A stretch of 64,000 nt of DNA, taken from positions 992,001-1,056,000 of the forward strand of contig CM106586.1 in assembly GCA_048013815.1 (NCBI GenBank), written 5' to 3'. The translations under genes and the position numbers were made by a program. Shown in pieces: positions 25,813-38,595 of the stretch; the stretch's first letter is position 1; each line of letters starts with the position of its first letter. The notes beneath the pieces are model-generated. The model saw only the letters and a list, made by a program, of their open reading frames with translations. It did no database searches and was not told where the DNA came from. Origin of the DNA: Setoptus koraiensis. Taxonomy: Eukaryota > Animalia > Arthropoda.

Positions 25813-26520
25813 TTTTTAGCGCTTAATTTTAATTAAGTAGCTATTGATGTGGGTCGGATGGATACGTTTATTCACGTGGGTAGAACAATTCAGTGCTTTT
25901 TTCAACTAGGAAAGAATAGCACGGTGAAAGCTGTACTGTGAGAAATAAACTAGATAAATTTAGAACACTCAAAGCCTACAATGTTGATTAGTTGAATTTA
26001 GCACATAGAATGCTATGCGCGTTCACTTACTAGACGCGATAAGCACGCTGAAAGCTGAGATGCTAACTAGATGAAATTAGCACAGCAGAAGGCTAGCTGT
26101 ATACAATTCGGATTCAGTGCACTGGAAGCTAGAGGTGTTGGAACTAGGAGATTGTAGAACAGTAGATACTATTCAGAATAACTACTGCTTCTCAGCACTG
26201 TCAATGCTGATGTGGCTGAAACTAGACGAGTGTAGCACGCTCAATACTGAGATGTAAAATAGATGAATTCAGCACAGCAGAAGGCTAGCTGTCTATAATT
26301 CTGATTCAGTGCACAGAAAGCTCGATGCATTGTAGCTAAGAGATTACAGCACAGCAGAAACCACCATGAGTAATTTAGTTAGACACACCAATTAGTCAAT
26401 GGCGCACACTTTGTTATGGTGCATCAAATTCGAATTTCGAAGTTCGAAATGTGACCATCGAACATTGACCACCGAACACTGGCCACCGAACATCGAACGA
26501 GCAGATGGAACTGTCATCAT
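25813..26520 (+). mobile_element. HINE-like element, 5' portion
   Basis: 5' terminus followed by the family-1 internal sequence also seen at 49473 and 53338. Confidence 0.8.
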
Positions 26521-26557
26521 CTCGCATACACACATTTCAAGTTTATCTTACACTTTA

Positions 26558-28541
26558 ACAAGTAATACTGATCAAATCAGTATTTCGAGCGCTTAATTTT
26601 TCGTGTGGACAAGTATTGTTGAAGGATTCAAAGGAGTTTATCACGACCTGTTAACCACCGAACTTCAAAATGTGACCATCGAACATAGACCATCGAACAA
26701 TGACCACCGAACATCGAACGAGCAGATGGAACTGTCATCAGAAATTCGAAAGAAATTGCATCAATTTGAATTTCGAAGTTCGAAATGTGACCATCGAACT
26801 TCGAATTGTGACCATCGAACTCTGTACAAGCACCTGGAACTCGTATCGGAAATTCGAATTTTCAATTTCGAAGTTCGAAATGTGACCATCGAACATTGAC
26901 CGCCGAACACTGACCACCGAACATCGAACGAGCAGATGGAACTGTCATCATCTCGCATACACACATTTCAAGTTTATCTTACACTTTAACAAGTAATACT
27001 GATCAAATCAGTATTTCGAGCGCTTAATTTTTCGTGTGGACAAGTATTGTTGAAGGATTCAAAGGAGTTTATGACAGCCTGTTAACCACCGAACTTCAAA
27101 ATGTGACCATCGAACATTGACCATCGAACACTGACCACAGAACATCGAACGTACAGATGGAACTGTCATCAGAAATTCGAATTTTCAATTTTCAATTTTC
27201 GAATTTCGAAGATCGAAATGTGACCATCAAACTCTGAACACCGAATTCTGACCATTGAACTCTGTACAAGCACCTGAAATTGGTATTGGAAAATCGAATT
27301 TTTCAATTTCGAAGTTCGAAATGTGACCATCGAACTTCGAATTGTGACCATCGAACTCTGTACAAGCACCTGGAACTCGTATCGGAAATTCGAATTTTTC
27401 AATTTCGAAGTTCGAAATGTGACCATCGAACTTCGAATTGTCACCATCGAACTCTGAACAAGCACTTGGAACTCCAAATTTCTTTCGCAGCATGATTCAC
27501 ATGTTGATTGCATGCGTACGGATTTTGGTAAGATTCTAATGGTCAGTTTCGCCTCAATGAGTAATTTAGTTAGTCACACAAATTAGTCAATGGCGCACAC
27601 TTAGTTATTGTGCATCAATTTCGGATATCGAAGTTCGAATTGTGACCATCGAAATCTGTACGATCACCTGGAACTCGTACCGAAAATTCGAATTTTCAAT
27701 TTCGAATTTCGAAGTTCGAAATGTGACCATCGAACTTCGAATTGTCACCAGCGAACTTCGAATTACGACCATCGAACTCTGTCAAATTCCCATAGGGTTA
27801 ACATTGTTAACGTTTAGATACTTTAACACAAAGAACAAAAAAAAATTTGTCAAAAACGTCAAAGTCAAATTCCCATAGAGTTAACATTGTTAACGTTTAG
27901 ATACTTTAACACAGAGAAGAAAAAAATTTTTGTCAAAATCGTCAAAGTCAAATTCCCATAGGGTTAACATTGTTAACGTTTAGATACTTTAACACAGGGA
28001 AGAACTGTAATCTCTTAGCTACAAAGCATCTAGCTTCCAGTGTACTAAATCAGAATTGTAGACAGCTAGCCTTCTGCTGTGCTGAATTCATCTATTTTAC
28101 ATCTCAGTATTGAGCGTGCTACACTCGTCTAGTTTCAGCCACATCAGCATTGACAGTGCTGAGAAGCAGTAGTTATTCTGAATAGTATCTACTGTTCTAC
28201 AATCTCCTAGTTCCAACACCTCTAGCTTCCAGTGCACTAAATCCGAATTGTATACAGCTAGCCTTCTGCTGTGCTAAATTCATCTAGTTAGCATCTCAGC
28301 TTTGAGCGTGCTAATCGCGTCTAGTAAGTGAACGCGCATAGCATTCTATGTGCTAAATTTAACTAATCAACATTGTAAGCTTTGAGTGTTCTAAATTTAT
28401 CTAGTTTATTTCTCACAGTACAGCTTTCACCGTGCTATTTTTTCCTAGTTGAAAAAAGCACTGATTTGTTCTACCCACGTGAATAAACGTATCTGCCAGA
28501 ACCACCCCAATAGCTACTTAATTAAAATTAAGCGCTAAAAA
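26558..28541 (-). mobile_element. HINE-like element with both termini (26989-28541); its 3' end is duplicated in a 431-bp tandem unit
   Basis: 5' end at 28517-28541, 3' ends with stem-loop at 26989-27032 and 26558-26601; internal 83-bp repeats and TTCGAA/GACCATCGAAC arrays in the same order as 49473-51170. Confidence 0.8.
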
Positions 28542-28543
28542 GG

Positions 28544-29544
28544 GGGTATTCTATCTAATAGCGCCACACTCCGATTTTCATGAAACTTCACAGATGGAGC
28601 CCACAGGGCCCCCTGACAATACTTTGAGTGGTCCGGAAGTGCGGAAACTTCCGGTTCCGGTTTCACAGAAAATTCAAGATACAAGCTTGAAACTCGGTGT
28701 ACAGCTGTATATCGACGTGCAAAACACAATGCTGCCGATTCCAGATCAACACCACTTCTGGTTCTTTGGATATTCACCCAAAACCGTGATTTTGGGCATG
28801 TCCGCGCTGAAGCGGGGTATTCTATGGAATAGCGTCACGCTCCGAATTTGATGAAACTTCACACCTGAGGCCCGAAGGACCTCCTGAGAACACTTATGAT
28901 GGTCCTGACGTGCGGAAACTTCCGGTTCCGGTTTTACATAAACTTGCAGATACAGCTTAGAAACTTAACATAGAGCCTGATATGACTGTGATGACCAGGT
29001 TGAAGTTATTTTGATATCTGTTGGACTTCCGGTTTTTGAGATAATGAGCGATCGTAATAGAATTCGGCAGTAGACAGTCTGTTGCACAACCTACTTTCGT
29101 GTATGGATTGCAGTCACGTGAGCGGAGGGTAGAGGGCGCAGCCCGATACCCGAAGCGCTCATCAACCCTACCCGAAGGGTTCCCGTCGCACGGAGTCGTC
29201 GCGGGAGCGACGACGGAGATGTGACGGCCTCCAGATTACGAGGCCGCAGGCCGAGTTCTCAGACCCATCACAAGCTGAGCGAAGCTGAGACCTATTTCTG
29301 CCATTCCTTGCTGTAATGGATGCGACCTTGATGAGGTACCAAAAATTACCCCGAAAAAATACCCGCAAATCCCCAAGCGGCTGTCGGGTGCCGTGAAACG
29401 CCCGCTGAGCGGTACCTCGGTTATCTCGGGAACGAAGAATTTCCGCACTTCCGGAATACCCATTGCGGTATCAAAGTACTATACCCTGCCCAAAAATACC
29501 CAAAATAACCCGAAAAAAGTGTGGCGCTATTAGATAGAATAACC
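28544..29544 (+). mobile_element. MITE-B (about 1.0 kb) with an internal second left end near 28812
   Basis: TIRs GGGTATTCTATCTAATAGCGCCACAC / GTGTGGCGCTATTAGATAGAATAACC; flanks TAAAAAGG and GAAAAAGG (7/8 TSD match); carries the 160-bp core at 29104-29263. Confidence 0.8.
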
Positions 29545-29629
29545 GAAAAAGGAAATGGAGCCGTGGAAGAATATAGAAAGAAGAAGGCTGTGAAGAATCA
29601 GCAAAACTACATGAGACGCCTCAAAGGAT

Positions 29630-30434
29630 CGTGATATTTGAACATGTTCCCACCTATCCGTTTTGATGATACTCTGTGTGTGTGTTGTGCATGTTGCTCG
29701 CAACATTTTGTGCAAGTATGATCAGAAATCAATTGGTCGTTTTCGAGACAGAAAGAAATTTTGGATGACGGATGTCATGTGAATATCGTGATATTTGAAC
29801 ATGTTCCCACCTATCCGTTTTGATGATACTCTGTGTGTGTGTTGTGCATGTTGCTCGCAACATTTTGTGCAAGTATGATCAGGAATCAATTGGTCGTTTT
29901 CGAGACAGAAAGAAATTTCGGATGACGGATGTCATGTATAGTCATCGATTTCTGAACATGTTCCCACCTATCCGTTTTGATGATACTCTGTGTGTGCAAG
30001 TATTACATTATGTGCGATTTTTGAAACTGTTCTCACCAGGATAAATTCTTGAAACTTTCTAGAGACAGCGAGCACTGTGCCATACACGATCTGTGCAAGT
30101 TTTATCAATTTTCTGTATCTAGTATTGGCGCTATAGGCAATTCTGGATCATGTTAGCTCATTCAATACATGTGATTTCTGATCACATGTGCCCATACATC
30201 ATGTGCAATTTTCGAAACTGTTCTGTTTCTAGTATTGGCGCTATAGGCCATTTTGTGGCACATGTTCTTCCACAGTATGTGCAATTTTCGAAACTGTTCT
30301 CACCAGGATAAATTCTTGAAAAACTTTCTAGAGACAGCTAGCACTTATCACTTCTTAATAAACTGTCCAAACCTCTAAGATTGTTCACTGGAAAAATTAA
30401 GCGCTCTTGTACTGGTATAATCAGTATAACTTGT
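29630..30434 (+). mobile_element. HINE-like family-3 3' portion containing a 157-bp tandem repeat (about 2.3 copies)
   Basis: AACATG anchors at 29641, 29798 and 29955; variant 3' end AAAAATTAAGCGCTCTTGTACTGGTATAATCAGTATAACTTGT at 30392-30434. Confidence 0.7.
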
Positions 30435-31592
30435 GTTTTCGAAAATCAGCCATAGTTTCCAAGTTTGTCAAGATAAAATTGCAAATTTTCGCACACTAGA
30501 TAGGCATAGATAGACTGTCCGACAGTGCGAATTCGGTGGCTTTCGAATGAATTTTTCAATCTTTTTTTCTTGGAAACTTTAACACAGGAATTGAGAGACT
30601 CAAATCTCCATAGGGTTAACATGTGTAATGTTTAGATATTTTAACACGGGATTTGAAAAACTCAAATCTCCATAGACTTAGCATGAGTAATGTTTAGATA
30701 TTTTAACATGGTAATCGAGAGACTCAAATCTCCATAAGGTTAACATGTGTAATTTTTAGATACTTTAACATCAATCAACCATTGATCGAATCCGACTAAG
30801 GTGCTGCGAAATTCCCCATCATTGAATTAACCTTCTTCGTGCTTAACCAACAAATGATCTCTGGTCTCACTCGAACCACGAATGTAAACAAGCTACAGAG
30901 CCAACTATCTACACACGAGACTTGTAATTATCAATTTGTATACAAGTAAACGAGCCAGGTATCTACACACTAAATGTAGAAATTCATCAATAAGTGAACA
31001 GCCTGCAGAGCCAGCTATCTACACACGAGACTGTGAAGCAACAACATGTAAACAAATTTTGAACAGCTAGAATGTGATGATGAGGTGGCAGACTTAGATT
31101 AAGATCATGTCTGTAGCTCACTGTGTATTAGGGAGCGGAGCTACTTAAGTCTCAATCAAGCTGCAGCTTACTGTGTGCTGAGGAGGTGGAGCGACTTAAG
31201 TCTCAATCAAGCTGTAGCTTACTGTGTGCTAGAGAGCGTAGCGACTTAAATCTCGATCAAGCTGAAGCTTACTGTGTGCTGAGGAGGTGGAGCGACTTAA
31301 GTCTGGAAATAGTGTGTAGCTTACTGTGTGCTGGGGAGGTGGAGCGACTTAAGTCTCAATCAAGCTGTAGCTTACTGTGTGCTGAGGAGGTGGAGCGACT
31401 TAAGTCTCAATCAAGCTGAAGGTACTGTGTGCTGAGGAGGTGAAGCGACTTAGGTCTCAATCAAGCTGAAGCTTTCTGTGTGCTGAGGAGGGGGCATGAC
31501 TCAAAATTGTAGGCTTGTGTGTGGATTGCCCCCTCCATTTAGGATCCAACATCACTACATCATTAGCGCTTAATTGAAATTAAGCGCTAAAA
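30435..31592 (-). mobile_element. HINE-like family-2 5' portion with 51-bp (about 7 copies) and 62-bp tandem repeats
   Basis: Palindromic 5' end TTAGCGCTTAATTGAAATTAAGCGCTAAAA at 31563-31592; internal sequence matches 57965-59239 and the reverse complement of 45583-45870. Confidence 0.8.
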
Positions 31593-32148
31593 GGAATTTA
31601 TGTCGATAACTGGCTTGTTATACCCTCCCAAACCTGTTATTACCAGATGGGGAACTTGGTTGAGGACCGCGGACTATTATTGCTCAAATCTTTCCTCTGT
31701 TAAACAATATCTGGCCTCACGAAATTCAAAGGATCCAACTAACTGCTTGAAAGTGTGTATCTCGGCCATCGAAGATGGTGATTTGGAGACGGAACTATAT
31801 AGTATCTCAGACTATCTATTCATAGCTGATGTAATTGAGCGACTTGAAACTCAGAATTTGACAATGGATGAAGTATTAAAGATTGTCAAAGACACAAAAA
31901 ACAAGATTGACCAGCTTAAACTCAAAGAACCTAGCCTTAAACCGGAGAAAGCATTGGACAAGAATCCTGACTTTCGAAATTTATGCAACCTTAGTAGTTT
32001 AGAAGAGAAAATACAGTTCAAATTCGCACCTTTGACATCATGTGATGTAGAGCGATCCTTCTCTAAGACCAAATCAATTTTTTCTGCCAATCGAAGTAAT
32101 TTTACTACTGACAATTTAAATATTTTATTCAATTTTTTAATTAGGTAA
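31593..32148 (+). pseudogene. DDE transposase C-terminal fragment, hAT-like
   Basis: PPKPVITRWGTWLRTADYY and FAPLTSCDVERSFSKTKSIFSANRSNFTTDNL (hAT-type dimerisation region); begins exactly at a HINE terminus. Confidence 0.75.
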
Positions 32149-32149
32149 A

Positions 32150-32832
32150 TCATGTAAATATCGTGATATCTAAACATGTTCACACCTATCCGTTTTGATG
32201 ATACTCTGTTAGTGTGTTGTACATGTTACTCGCAACAATCTGTGCTAGTATGATCAGCCATCAATAGGCCGTCTTCGAAACAGAGAGAAATTTAGGATGA
32301 CGGATGTCATGTGAATATCGTGATTTCTGAACATGTTCCCACCTATCCGTTTTGATGATGCTGCGTGCATGTTGCTTGCAACATTCTGTCGTCTATCTTC
32401 GCCGCCTCTATTTCCGCCTTTTTCTGGTAGTTTTTTCAAAGTCATCATTTTTGGGCCGATATTTTGCTAGACTATATCCAACCTTAAGCCGCATACTGAT
32501 AAGATGATGAATAACCGCTGAAGATGTGCTAGAGATATAGCGTGAATTTAACCAGCCGATAGGTGTGATAGTGACCAAGTTGTTGATTAAGAGGTGTCGT
32601 GATGATGTTTTGTTGTTGACATGTGCCAAATTGTGATGATGTTTCAGTTGATTATATGTACCAGGTTGCCGATTGGTCATGAACCGTATGGAGTTTGGAA
32701 CTATGATTCCTGTGCTATAGTATCTAGACATTACACATGTTGGCTCTATGGAGATTTGGAATTTGATATCTGCCAATTATCAACTCACAAAACTGTGCGC
32801 TCTTGATACTGATAAGATCAGTATTACAAGTT
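32150..32832 (+). mobile_element. HINE-like family-3 3' portion (diverged)
   Basis: Two diverged copies of the 157-bp unit; variant 3' end AAAACTGTGCGCTCTTGATACTGATAAGATCAGTATTACAAGT at 32789-32832. Confidence 0.65.
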
Positions 32833-33016
32833 ATACATGTAATATTCAATTGAAAATTAGATATCATGTTCGAGTGTTTATACAAACTCAGGACACTCTT
32901 GAGCTGATGAGCCATTCTCTTGCCGAATTGTTATGTTTCTCAGAAAGCAACATACATGAGTCTCGTCACTTTCGAACGCCACGCAGGCACCCGCAGAACA
33001 TTGGCGCCACATTTAC

Positions 33017-33379
33017 TTACAGTATCAAGTTTGGGTAGCCTAAATCTTCTAGAAGCCACTCTAGGTTGTCCTCGTCCCAGACATTCGTCCGATTGCTCCC
33101 TGTGCCCAAGGTCGCTTTGTAAGTGATGGGTATGATGGGAGGCACGTTAAAACGTATTATTTTTTCTAAAATTTTAATGTAGGCCGCGGCCAACGCTAGC
33201 GTCTGATCTGGGGCGAGATTGGGTTCGAGCGGGTGCTCCGGCAACTGCGGCCGCAATCGAGTGTTGATGACTGGAGCCAATGTTCTGGCTGAGTCGCAGA
33301 TAGAGTCTACATCACACAGCCTATCGCGACCGAGCAAATCATTTAAATGAGGACAGATGCGTCCGTCCAACCAATTCAT
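33017..33379 (-). CDS. Small divergent helix-loop-helix protein (Fer/PTF1/HLH-13-like, basic region not recognisable), 120 aa
   Basis: LRPQLPEHPLEPNLAPDQTLALAAAYIKILEKII fits HLH helix-loop-helix spacing, followed by P..I..K..G..W...L.W..E.LG; acceptor CTGAC..CAG just before the ATG; GTAAGT overlaps the stop. Confidence 0.45.
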   Translation of the reverse strand: MNWLDGRICPHLNDLLGRDRLCDVDSICDSARTLAPVINTRLRPQLPEHPLEPNLAPDQTLALAAAYIKILEKIIRFNVPPIIPITYKATLGTGSNRTNVWDEDNLEWLLEDLGYPNLIL

Positions 33380-33739
33380 CTTTATATCTGCTAAAGTCAG
33401 AGAAAGGTCGTTCAAATATATCTTCATTTTGCTAATATAGAACAGTTTAGCTCCAACCAATTCAAAGGCGTGATCGTCAGTTCTTGCACCAAGCTTTAAG
33501 CGATGGGTAGGACACGGTAGTGGAAGATTGGCTACTATCCCTGTCTCTCATTTATATTCGCTGTTTGACGCACAGATTCATTTCTCACCTCTTCTACTCT
33601 ATGCAAAGGTCTACTTGGCTCCAACCAAAACAAATATTGAGGTTTGTTCCAATAAAACTCTCGCCTATCCATCAGACGTCTCTAAATTCATGTTGAGACT
33701 TGCGAGTGGAAGGAAAGTGAACGACCTTGATTTCTCCGA

Positions 33740-34205
33740 CAAATCCGCAGCTTCCAGATACATCTCTAAGGTGCGTGATTGTCTCACCCAGAGTTTTGTT
33801 CCGTCTCATCTCGGTTTCTGATCTCTCGACCGTGAGACGGCTGTCAGACGTTATATTAGACCTCTTGCTCGCAAGTTGTTCATTTTTGACAAGCCTAACA
33901 ACACCGTTCTGGTCATGGATGGCACTTATCTGTTTCTTCAGAAAAGTAACCATTTCGCTTGTAGAAGGGCAAATTATTGTACATACAAGAATAGACACCT
34001 CGTCAAACCATTCACTATTTGCACGAGTGATGGTTTTATTCTAGCAATGATGGGCCCCTACATGGCCAAGAATAATGACGGCTCTATTCTCATAGAGATC
34101 CTTGACAGTGGAAGCGATCTAAGGAATTGGATCCACGAGGATGATTACTTCGTACTGGATAGAGGTTTTAGGGATGCTCTATCGCTGCTTGAACATTTGA
34201 ATATC
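33740..34205 (+). pseudogene. PIF/Harbinger-ISL2EU-type DDE transposase fragment (DDE_Tnp_4-like) with in-frame TGA at 33819
   Basis: FVPSHLG, VMDGTYLFLQKS, LVKPF..DGFI..GPY..NND, FVLDRGFRD; ends exactly at a MITE terminus. Confidence 0.8.
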
Positions 34206-35181
34206 GGGTGTTGTAGCGATTAGTGCCCTAGTCTGATTTCTCTGAAACTTCACACACGGAGCCCGTAGGGTCCACAAATGATAAACTTGGTGGTCCGGAA
34301 GTGCGGAAACTTCCGGTTCCAGTTTTACATGAAAATTGAGATACGGACTTGAAACACTCTATACATCAAGATAAAAGCACGCAAAATACAAAACAACAAA
34401 TTTCATGTCTGAACAACTTCCGATTCACGAGATATTCGGTGGAAACCGCTGCAAGGGCGGTTGGGGACGGAATATCGACCAAACTCTCGAGAAATTCTTT
34501 GTTTTCTATATCTAGCACTTCCGGTCCGCAATTCAACGCGAATCAGGTAGTCTGTTTGGCATAATCGTTTGTTCAAGCTTGCTACTTGAAAGCGAGGTAG
34601 AATGAAACCCGGTGCGACCGCGAGCCCCGCCCACTCGACCCTCAGTCCTCGGGAAGAATCTTTTTTAGTTTGGTGGCCGTCAGTCGTCCCGCCGAAGGCC
34701 GTAGGCGTGGACGACTGGAGGCCAAACCCTTCCTCCAGCCCGGGCCCAGGCTGCATGGCAGACGGCAGACCAAAGGCCCCCCGCACATCGTGGCTTCTCC
34801 TGAGGGGCGCAGCTCCGAAGTGCGTGCTCAGAATCCCGTCGATGATCCAGCGGCCGCAGTTGCGCTCCTCGCCGCATCTATTGGTCACGCCCATTAAGTT
34901 AAACTACTTTTATTCTGCTCCTGGGGCTGTTAGGTAGAATCTAGCCTCGGTGATTGACCATCAGTACCACACCGGATGTGAATGCGGGAGGGTACGGCTG
35001 CCCGTACCCCAAATATGCCCACAAATACCCTGAAATATCCACAATGCGGTACTTCGGGTATCTCGGGAACGAAGAATTTCCGCACTTCCGGAATACCCTT
35101 TCCGGTCTCAGGGCATCATACCCTACCCATAAATACCCAAAATACCCAAGATGGGCGTGGTACGTGTTAGATAGAATAACC
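34206..35181 (+). mobile_element. Composite GG...CC MITE (about 976 bp), no TSD
   Basis: Left end GGGTGTTGTAGCGATTAGTGCCC, right end GTGTTAGATAGAATAACC; subterminal CCGGAAGT arrays; right arm resembles the reverse of the MITE-C left arm. Confidence 0.7.
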
Positions 35182-35475
35182 GATATTTTCTTTCAATTTT
35201 CCGTGTAGAAACGCCGTCTGCACGTCGAAATGTGATAGCTCCATGTCCTCTGAAGCTGCTATCGACAATATAATTCCGACGGACTCTAATCTAGCGACGG
35301 GCGAGAACGTTTCACTATAGTCGTAACCATATCTCTGCGAGTAACCGCAGGCTACAAGCCGTGCCTTATATTTGGACACGCTTCCGTCACTGTTGTGTTT
35401 GATTTTAAAAATCCACTTACAGTTGATGGCCTTTCTATCTGAGGGTAGCTCACATAACACCCAGGTTTCGTGTGC
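35182..35475 (-). pseudogene. Ty1/copia reverse transcriptase fragment
   Basis: TWVL..LP..RKAINCKWIFKIK..YKARLVACGYSQRYGYDYSETFSPV..FDVQTAFLHG. Confidence 0.95.
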
Positions 35476-35479
35476 TAGG

Positions 35480-36068
35480 GAGGCGGAGTGACTTAAGTTG
35501 TCACTCCACGCTATTTGAAATAGCTTAACCTATCTTGTTACAGCATCGATCCATCTCCTCACTATACATTAACCTCTGCATGAGCCCTAGACTTAAAATT
35601 CAATCCACCTCCCTAGTAAATGTGTGTTAGGGAGGTGACGAACTTTCGAGTCTTAAGCTTGAGTGTACCTCCCACATTTCAGCCTACACACTCACCAAGT
35701 ACTGATTATACTAGTGCTAATGTTTGCAAGCACACAGCGCGTGACTCTATAGATCGAAAACTGTGAATATCCACAAATAAATCGGTACGTGAATATTCAC
35801 TGGCATACAAAGTCGGAATGTTCACAAGCACACAGCGCGTGAATCACCATAGCACAATTGTTGGATATCCTGTGAAATGCACGAATTAAGTATCCACCAT
35901 CATACCGTGCGTAGATATTCATGCGTGATCTTCATGATCCCACAACACTACATCATAAGCCCTTAATTAAAATTAAGCGCTAAAAATAGCACTGATTTGT
36001 TCTGCCACGTGAATAAACCTAGTCATCATCACCACCCAAATAGCAACTTAATTAAAATTAAGCGCTAA
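35480..36068 (-). mobile_element. Nested HINE-like 5' portions (family-2 type inserted in the A-run of a family-1 tip)
   Basis: Two 5' termini at 35962-35986 and 36047-36068, separated by 60 bp of family-1 subterminal sequence. Confidence 0.75.
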
Positions 36069-38104
36069 GAAGAATAACTTGACGAAAACAATTATCGATC
36101 GGCTCATCAAGTCAATTGATCAGGCAGCAATATCAACAAGTTTGTGCTAAAATTTGCATTTGACACCTTGGCGCGCAGCCAAAATTAGTGTCAGACAGTG
36201 TTGAGACGACACGTTCTGCGCTCACTCGCTAGCTCAAGAGAAAAATCTCTGGAAGACGAAAATCTCTGCTAGACGAGAAATTAATGGCGTGCGAATTTGT
36301 TGGCTCGCTTGCCAGGCCATCCAACACACAGACATACAATACGCGGGCTGCATCGATGTGCCGCAACAAACAAGTTCTTCAACGAGATTGTCACCTATTC
36401 GAGAAAGAACCACCCAAGGCAACGAACGAGCGAAATCGACCGACTGACCCGAAGCCGATAAATGGCAGCAGCCAATGTGAGTAGACAAGCGGCTCGGTGG
36501 CGCATTAACCTTGATATTCTCCGTCGTGGTAGCTCACGTTGCCGCAAAGACTTCAAAGCACTCAAAAGAAACGTTCGCAGTTGCACGTTCAAATATCACG
36601 TGAATATCGTTCCGTTTTGATGATACTGCGTGTGTGTGCGCGACACATTGTCACATACTCGCATCAGTATTCCAACGATACTTATCTATTCCTCTCTGCC
36701 GCTGTAGACATACATAGAAATAGATCTAGATGGTTATCTCCGACATGTTTTCACACAATCGCTTCTTTATTCTAATCATACTTGAATTGTACGGTTCAAC
36801 AAGGCCATTGGACGACTGATGATAGGCAGGTGTAACGATGTGCTTCACGTCACACCCTCGCAACATGTTACGTAATCTCCAGCTAACAAAGCTGGGACCG
36901 GTATCAATGTAAAGTTCTAATGGTTAACCGTGTTCGGTGAAAGCTTTCGTAGACACTCTTATAATATCATCTGTTGTTGTCGTTGCTTGTAAATAAGCTT
37001 GACCGAAAGGTAAAAAGAGGATGTGTGGAAGTACAGATTGTGAGTCAGCGAGGCCCATTGAATGTGTAATTGATGAGAAGAAAGGAGAGGTAGTTTTCCA
37101 ATATGTCGCTCCTTCATACAACAGAAATATCCAGCTGGTGAGAGCTAATGCTATCGATACAATACATAAAATGAAGAATGGTCTGTTCTGTATGATAAAG
37201 TATATAGGAGTTAGAAGCATGTACTACAATCACATCTTGGGATGTGGACACCCTGCCAATTTGGATTCAAACAGAGACGTTTTTTTCGAAGAAAATGACT
37301 GTAATAGGGCTCTGGTCAATATGAAAGACAAATTTTTCGACATTTCAGGCTGAAAACGATCAAAAGAATCTGCGAAAATTTAACACGGTTTATAATTGAC
37401 CGAAAATCCGACTAAACGTTCGTTTATTGCTACTTCAATAATATAACGATAGATGGTCACGTATACGAGTGTCCGACCGAACCATTCGTTCTACCAAGAA
37501 CGGAGAAATTCGTTCTAGATGGCCAAGTTCGAGAAGACAAAATGTTTCCAGGCCCAGTACCAACTGACATGTTGAATATTTTTGAACTGCAATCCACTAC
37601 AACTCCCCCTTCTGTCAAGAGTCCACCCATAGTTTCATCCTGCTAACATGCACCTTAGAGACTCTGATCTTGCTCTTAGACTTGGTCCCTCAAACCTAGG
37701 CTCCAAATCGAGATTTTCGTCATACCACTTGGGATCTGCGACTGGATTTGCCTCGGCATCTGATGTGTTCGCGCCACCAACTTCCTCTGGAGGGAAGTCC
37801 ACCCAGTGTATTCCCATGGGTGGGACTCGGAACCTGCTCCTGCACAGGGGACAAGTTGGTAGGCGGAGGACCTTCCTTGTCTCTAGCTGATAGCCACTCG
37901 TGCCGTATGTAGGCAACTCTTCAGGGCCCTGCTCTGGCTATCTAAATTGGTTATTGACATATTTATCTAACTATCTCAGCATTTACACTCAATTAGCACT
38001 GTCAATGGCACTGGGGATTTAGTCATATTATGTGATAGCTGAGGAGCGGACAGATCTCTGCTCTCAGCTACCACACACACATCAATCCATTGATTGCGAA
38101 CGTT

Positions 38105-38480
38105 GGGTGTTGTAGCGAACTGGGCGTAGCTTAGTTCGCGACGAAACTCACGGTGTGAGTACCTTAGAGGGCCCTGATGAAGATTTGTCTAGACCAAAAG
38201 TGTAGAAACCACAGGTTCCGGTGTTAGCTTCATCTTCGAGCTACAGTTTTGAAAGTCAGTAGATGAATTCGACTACGATGATTCCGATGACATCAACTTC
38301 TGATTCTTTCAACTTCCGGTTCATGAGATATTCAGTGGAAACTGCTGCGAGGGCGGTGACGGGATGGAATATCGACCAAACATGTGCACTCAGAGGCCCG
38401 TACTGTTCAACACAAAATCCTGCGCCACTTTCAGTTATCGGGATCCTTAAAGTTAGATGTGTAGGTTCACGATGATCAGT
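38105..38480 (+). mobile_element. GG-MITE left arm (truncated)
   Basis: Starts GGGTGTTGTAGCGAA; resembles the left arms at 34206 and 43403. Confidence 0.6.
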
Positions 38481-38595
38481 CCGTTCTACCACTTACAGTC
38501 GTGTATGCAACAACTAATCATTCATCACCGGTACTAAATCGGAAGAGTGTGGCCTCTTCAAACTACACATTAAACCATGTGAACAAAAGGTAAGA

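Noticed and set aside
26399-27878. ORFs in TTCGAA and 51-bp arrays (also 31186, 50456, 56648-57514, 58490-59158, 63314)
   Set aside because: They are translations of tandem repeats with frame-shifting unit lengths.
31563-31592. Palindrome TTAGCGCTTAATT-NN-AATTAAGCGCTAA as a loxP/attC-like recombinase site (integron-like array)
   Set aside because: It is fully explained as the HINE 5' subTIR plus inverted repeat, it pairs with a distinct hairpin-bearing 3' end, and no tyrosine or serine recombinase ORF is present.
32748-33038. Polinton minor-capsid-like reading of the 96-aa ORF
   Set aside because: Its first part is a HINE 3' terminus, and the resemblance rests on a few hydrophobic residues.
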